From Gemmatimonadaceae bacterium (GTDB taxonomy: Bacteria; Gemmatimonadota; Gemmatimonadetes; Gemmatimonadales; Gemmatimonadaceae): DNA of 64,000 nt. The notes under the pieces were generated by a model. The model saw only the letters and a program-made list of their open reading frames with translations, was not told the origin of the DNA and ran no database searches. The first letter of the stretch is position 1, and the number at the start of each line of letters is the position of its first letter. Below are positions 59,427-64,000 of the stretch, in pieces. Made by a program: the position numbers and the translations under genes. The stretch lies in the NCBI GenBank assembly GCA_045803545.1, contig JBJMOW010000005.1, positions 1,280,001 to 1,344,000 on the forward strand, read 5' to 3'.

Positions 59427-60713
59427 ATGAGAAGATTCGTCCACTCCCTGGTCATTCTTGCGCTTGCGCCTTCCCTGCTGTGGGCGCAATCCGCGACAAC
59501 CGTACCGGCACCGCGGACAATCAACGGTTTCGATGCGTCCAGACTGGCGCGCATCGATCAAGCCCTTCAGCGCTACGTCGACAGCAACGAAATCAGCGGC
59601 GCTGTCGCACTCGTCCTCCGCGACGGGCGACCGGTTTATGAAAAGGCAGTCGGCTGGGCGGACAAGGAAGCCGGTCGACGGATGACGACCGATGCGATCT
59701 TCCGCATCGCGTCCCAAACAAAAGCGATTACCAGCACGGCGGTGCTGATACTGGTCGAGGAAGGCAAGATCGGGCTACAGGATCCGGTAAGCCGTTTCAT
59801 TCCGCAATTCGCACACACCACCGTCGCGACACGATCCGACACCGGTCGGGTGATCGTTCCGGCGAAACGTGAGATCACTATTCACGATTTGCTCACTCAC
59901 ACTTCGGGAATTTCTTACGGCGTCGACTCGATTGTAGCTCCGCTCTACGCTGCGAGGACGTTGGGTCCGGCTGCTGGTTGGGGTTGGTACACTGCCGACA
60001 AGAACGAGCCAATCTGCACGACGATGGAGCGGCTCGCGTCATTGCCTTTCGTTTCGCAGCCCGGCGAGAAATGGGTATACGGCTACAGCATTGACGTACT
60101 CGGCTGCGTCGTTGAGCGCGCGTCGGGAATGCCACTCGATCAGTTCATCCGCACCCGAATTACTGATCCGCTCGGTATGAAAGACACGTTCTTTTTCATA
60201 CCGTCGGACAAGAAGCAGCGGCTGGTCACAGTGTACATGAATGACAGCGCAGGTCGCCTGCAGCGAGCGCCCGCGGGTGCAAAAGGTCAGGGACACTATG
60301 TCGAAGGGCCTAGACGAAATTTTGCCGGTGGAGCGGGATTGCTGTCGACCGCTCGCGACTACGGACGCTTTCTGCAGATGGTCGCCAACGGCGGACAACT
60401 CGGTGGCGTCCGTATTCTTGCGCCGCGCACCGTGAGATTGATGACCACCAATCAGGTTGATACGCTGCTCAAAGCCGGGAATGCGTGCATGGGCTTCGGT
60501 CTAACCTTCGGCGTCCACGATCGCTTTGGTTGCGACGACCTCTCGTCAGAGGGCACCTACTTCTGGGGCGGTGCTTACGGGAGCTCTTACATGGTCGATC
60601 CGCAGGAGCATCTGATCATTGTTTACATGGAGAATCGACTGCCGCGTCACCCGGACGTGGGGGACAACTTCCGAACTCTCGTCTACCAGGCGTTAGTCGA
60701 GCCGCGAACGTAA
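59427..60713 (+). CDS. Serine hydrolase, beta-lactamase class C-like family
   Basis: FRIASQTK (SxxK), LLTHTSG, PGEKWVYG, WGG; signal peptide. Confidence 0.92.
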   Translation: MRRFVHSLVILALAPSLLWAQSATTVPAPRTINGFDASRLARIDQALQRYVDSNEISGAVALVLRDGRPVYEKAVGWADKEAGRRMTTDAIFRIASQTKAITSTAVLILVEEGKIGLQDPVSRFIPQFAHTTVATRSDTGRVIVPAKREITIHDLLTHTSGISYGVDSIVAPLYAARTLGPAAGWGWYTADKNEPICTTMERLASLPFVSQPGEKWVYGYSIDVLGCVVERASGMPLDQFIRTRITDPLGMKDTFFFIPSDKKQRLVTVYMNDSAGRLQRAPAGAKGQGHYVEGPRRNFAGGAGLLSTARDYGRFLQMVANGGQLGGVRILAPRTVRLMTTNQVDTLLKAGNACMGFGLTFGVHDRFGCDDLSSEGTYFWGGAYGSSYMVDPQEHLIIVYMENRLPRHPDVGDNFRTLVYQALVEPRT

Positions 60714-60719
60714 GGTTGG

Positions 60720-62666
60720 CTACCGCGGCCACACGTTGTTCAATCGATTGACGTCGGGCAGGACGTGTCGCGGGTCAACCTCCACACGCACAACTGTCTT
60801 TTGTTCCGGAACGCGGTACACGAACACCGAGCCGAGATTCCACATCTCGATCGGCAACTTCGGGGTGCTCTGTGAGCCGTCGGCGAAGGTAATGGTAAGT
60901 TCCGTCGGCAGGATCATGGTCCCGCGATTGGAAAGGCGAACAAGCGTCCCGCCCCCTTCCGGTACGAACCGCACAGAATCGACCGCGACATCGAGACGCG
61001 ACGTCGAATAGATCCAGCCACGCCAGAACCACTCGAGATCCATTCCCGATTGATCGCGCATAATGCGGAAGAAATCCGCTGGCGTCGGATGCTTGAACGC
61101 CCATGCCTTGATGTATTCGCGGAACGCCTTGTCGAAACGATCCTTGCCGAGCACTTCGTAGCGCAGTGTCTGCATCATGAGCGCCGGTTTCTGATAACCG
61201 ACCCAGAACAGATCGCGGACCTGGGTCGGGTTGGTTATCAGCGGCTGCTCTTCGCCCGGTTTGGCGTGATCAGCGTACAAGTGCAGTGGATGCGCTTCGA
61301 TCGAGTCGCCGTAAGGCGTGCCGCGGAAGTAGGACGCGGCGTTGCCCAGATCGATGAACGTGTTGAAGCCTTCGTCCATCCACGGATATAGACGCTCGTT
61401 GGAGCCCACGATCATGGGGAACCATTCGTGCCCGAATTCGTGGGCGATCACCCACTGCTGATCTTCCCGAGTACCGGCGTTCGGTGTGAAGGTCAGCATT
61501 GGGTACTCCATGCCAGCGATTGGCCCCTCGACCGTCGTCGCGTGCGACCACGGGTAGCGGTACCACCGCTCGCTGAAGTACTTGATCGTTTCTCGGCCGA
61601 TGTGATTCACTTCCTTCCACTTGCCAGCGTTCGGTCGATAGAGATCCTCGACGAGGATGCCGTTGTATCCGCTCGCGTCCCATCGGAAATTGGGACCACC
61701 CGCGAAAGCGAAGTCGCGCACGTTCCTGGCGATGTAGTGCCAGGTGAGCGACGAATGGGGATGCAGCGCTGACAATTCTCCCTGTGCGAAAATGCGGGGA
61801 CGTGTCTTGTCGAAATTGCCGACCTCATCGCCGCGAATGATCGCGATGGCGGTGTCAGATCTTCGCGCCAGAGCCAGCCGCGCGCGCTGAATCGCGGTCA
61901 GCACCTGTTCCGGATTCATCAGCTCGCCAGTGGCGGCGATGATATACGACGCCGGAACGGTCAGCGACACATCGAAGTTGCCGTACTCGAGATAGAACTC
62001 GCCGGCTCCGATGTACGGCTCGTGATTCCAGCCGCGCACGTCGTCGTAGACGGCCATGCGCGGGTACCATTGGGCGATCTCGTAGAGTGGTCCGTCGCGG
62101 CCCATTCTTCCACCGCCGTTCTCCGGCACGTTGAACTTCCAGGCGGCGTCGATGTCAATGGCAGCGCCGGGCGCTAGCGCCGTCGCAAGATCTATCCGCA
62201 TCGTCGTCCCGAAAGTCGTGCGGTTTGCGTTCACGCCGGCCACGAGGAGCGAGTCCAGTGTCAGCCCGCCACTGAATCTCTGACAGGAGAAATCGAACGC
62301 GACGTCGAGAAAAACGAGCGGCGGCTGATTGAGTTGATTGGTGATGCTGTTCGGCGCGCAGAGATTCTGCTCGACGAACAACCATAGGTACGGCAGCGAA
62401 TCTGGCGAGTGATTCACATAGTGAATCGTCTCGCGCCCGCGAATCTCGTTCTTCGCCGAGTCGAGAATCGCGTTGATCCTGTAGTCGACGTGCTGCTGCC
62501 AGTATCTCGCGCCGGGCCGGCCGCTGGCACTGCGATATTCGTTGGGCGCGGGAAGAATGAGCGGCTGGAATGGGGACGAATCCGCCACTTGCTGCAGCGA
62601 CTGCGCGCCAGCGGCAGCGCCAGCAGCCGCGACTAGTGCGACGAAGGCAGCGATGCTACTACGCAT
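60720..62666 (-). CDS. M1 family metallopeptidase, secreted
   Basis: PGARYWQQ, GMEYP, HEFGHEWF...MDEG, YQKP; start moved to ATG 62666. Confidence 0.92.
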   Translation of the reverse strand: MRSSIAAFVALVAAAGAAAGAQSLQQVADSSPFQPLILPAPNEYRSASGRPGARYWQQHVDYRINAILDSAKNEIRGRETIHYVNHSPDSLPYLWLFVEQNLCAPNSITNQLNQPPLVFLDVAFDFSCQRFSGGLTLDSLLVAGVNANRTTFGTTMRIDLATALAPGAAIDIDAAWKFNVPENGGGRMGRDGPLYEIAQWYPRMAVYDDVRGWNHEPYIGAGEFYLEYGNFDVSLTVPASYIIAATGELMNPEQVLTAIQRARLALARRSDTAIAIIRGDEVGNFDKTRPRIFAQGELSALHPHSSLTWHYIARNVRDFAFAGGPNFRWDASGYNGILVEDLYRPNAGKWKEVNHIGRETIKYFSERWYRYPWSHATTVEGPIAGMEYPMLTFTPNAGTREDQQWVIAHEFGHEWFPMIVGSNERLYPWMDEGFNTFIDLGNAASYFRGTPYGDSIEAHPLHLYADHAKPGEEQPLITNPTQVRDLFWVGYQKPALMMQTLRYEVLGKDRFDKAFREYIKAWAFKHPTPADFFRIMRDQSGMDLEWFWRGWIYSTSRLDVAVDSVRFVPEGGGTLVRLSNRGTMILPTELTITFADGSQSTPKLPIEMWNLGSVFVYRVPEQKTVVRVEVDPRHVLPDVNRLNNVWPR

Positions 62667-62835
62667 TCTTCCGCGCCGCCGAAGCTGGCCCGCGAACCAC
62701 CCGACCCGATAACGCGCCAGTGTGCTCGCCGTTCCTGAGAACCTGGACACCGTTGGCGACTACGTCACGCACGCCCGTTGATGCCAGGGCCAGCACAAAG
62801 AATGGGAGGCCAATGCCAGAACAGATTCGAGTCAT
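62659..62835 (-). pseudogene. 3' remnant of an N-acyl-D-amino-acid deacylase-like amidohydrolase
   Basis: 58-aa frame containing STGVRDVVANGVQVLRNGEHTGALSGRVVRGP; its stop overlaps the start of the M1 gene. Confidence 0.6.
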
Positions 62836-62899
62836 CGGTGTCTGATAGGAGCAACACGAAAGTACCTCGGCCTGGTATGTCGCACTAGGATTTCTCGCG

Positions 62900-63544
62900 A
62901 TGAAACTGCAGCCTCGATCGGTGGTTTTTGGAACTCTTTTCTTGGGCGGGCTACTGCTGATCGCCTGGCAGGAGTACTACAGGAAATCCGAGATGCTCTC
63001 GGCGATCGGCCTTCCTGGCCAGCGGGGAAATACCCACCGTCACTGCGATGGCGTGTACTCCCATCCCAGATGGCGAGTGCTCCCGCGAGGCTTGATCACT
63101 TGTCGCGGACTCGGCTCCCGCTCGGATTTCGCGATGGTAGGCGTCGACGCACTTACGCGCCAAGTGATCGTGGCGGGACGAGGTTGGCCTGCATTTGACT
63201 CGGTCAACTGGGCATGGGAAAGGGATTCGACCGAGCAGCAACTGAGGCTCCGCGGTGGCCACGAGTTCAAGTGTCTTTACGCGCCAGAACTGAATCCTCC
63301 GAGCACCATGAAGTATTGGCGCTTTAACGGCTTTTTCGTGAGGGAGAACGCGTATGCGAGGCCGGCCCCCTATGTGGTGCCGTGGCAGTTAACCCTGTCT
63401 GCGTCGACTACTCAACCAGAGGAATGTCTACGGCCGCCGGCGTCCCGCGACCCTGAGGAGTCCAATCCTTGTGTTGGCGCGAGAATCATCGTTCCCATCG
63501 GGTTCGGTAAGGCCATTTGCTGGAAGGCTCCGCCATGGGCCTGA
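62900..63544 (+). CDS. Hypothetical membrane-anchored Cys/Trp-rich protein
   Basis: 214-aa ORF with an N-terminal TM helix and six Cys. Confidence 0.55.
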   Translation: MKLQPRSVVFGTLFLGGLLLIAWQEYYRKSEMLSAIGLPGQRGNTHRHCDGVYSHPRWRVLPRGLITCRGLGSRSDFAMVGVDALTRQVIVAGRGWPAFDSVNWAWERDSTEQQLRLRGGHEFKCLYAPELNPPSTMKYWRFNGFFVRENAYARPAPYVVPWQLTLSASTTQPEECLRPPASRDPEESNPCVGARIIVPIGFGKAICWKAPPWA

Positions 63545-63666
63545 TCCGCTGGTCCCACACCTGCAGCGTGTAAACCGGTTTTCAGATTCCTTTGTCCAAT
63601 GCCGGGTAGACCTGCCGACAAAACTTTTCCCGGATTGGCACCGTAGAGGGGATTGGAGGTCGTTCG

Positions 63667-64000
63667 ATGCCTTATCCTCATCACTATGCGATGAGTCGGA
63701 GCGATCCGGGGACTTTCGTGGTGCGCCCCGGTAGCAGCGATGCGCTGACGGCGCGCACCATCGACGCAACGCAGCGCCCGGTGCTGACGCGAGCTTCGGA
63801 AAGCGTCGCGCAGGCAGCGCCCCAGGTCGTGGACAGCTTCCGCGGCGCCTTCACCAACCCGCTCTTTCTCAGCGCGCTCGGACTATCACTGATCGCAGTC
63901 TGGATACTGTCGCGGATGCGGCGCCAGCTCTCGGGTCTCGCCCTCGGCGCGATGCTGGTCGTCGCGTTGACGTCGTTCAGTGCGCCACACAAGCCGAAAT
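63667..64000 (+). CDS. Hypothetical membrane protein, N-terminal part (runs off window)
   Basis: GGAGGT RBS, ATG 63667, open to the window end (MPYPHHYAMSRSDPG...) with two hydrophobic segments. Confidence 0.6.
   Translation, partial: MPYPHHYAMSRSDPGTFVVRPGSSDALTARTIDATQRPVLTRASESVAQAAPQVVDSFRGAFTNPLFLSALGLSLIAVWILSRMRRQLSGLALGAMLVVALTSFSAPHKPK

Noticed and set aside
59427..60713. Bona fide antibiotic-resistance beta-lactamase
   Set aside because: The motifs fit the broad serine hydrolase/esterase family; resistance cannot be inferred from sequence.

Overview
GC-rich bacterial chromosomal window, probably Gemmatimonadota. This is inferred from gene style: a SusC-like receptor, many secreted peptidases, a Ser/Thr kinase and small orphan families. 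It holds about 50 CDSs; I recognised no rRNA, tRNA, CRISPR array or transposase. The main find is a six-gene minus-strand operon with overlapping start/stop codons (22331-27966). It encodes a non-canonical KAS III-like enzyme, a thioester-reductase-type SDR, an ACP fused to a SerRS-like amino acid:[carrier protein] ligase, a SAM methyltransferase, and two ferritin-like diiron proteins, one fused to a second ACP. This looks like an NRPS/PKS-independent pathway to a modified N-acyl amino alcohol or aldehyde. Other highlights: (1) an AhpD-like selenoprotein split by the ORF caller, with CxxU and a SECIS-like hairpin (1453-2061); (2) three families of dispersed long-hairpin intergenic elements, one with covarying heptamer-periodic arms; (3) a shared motif upstream of a LytS/LytTR pair and its neighbouring Tat-exported intradiol dioxygenase-like gene; (4) several apparently leaderless promoters; (5) a frameshifted beta-barrel gene and a D-aminoacylase 3' remnant. 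All family assignments come from motif recognition by eye; no searches were run.
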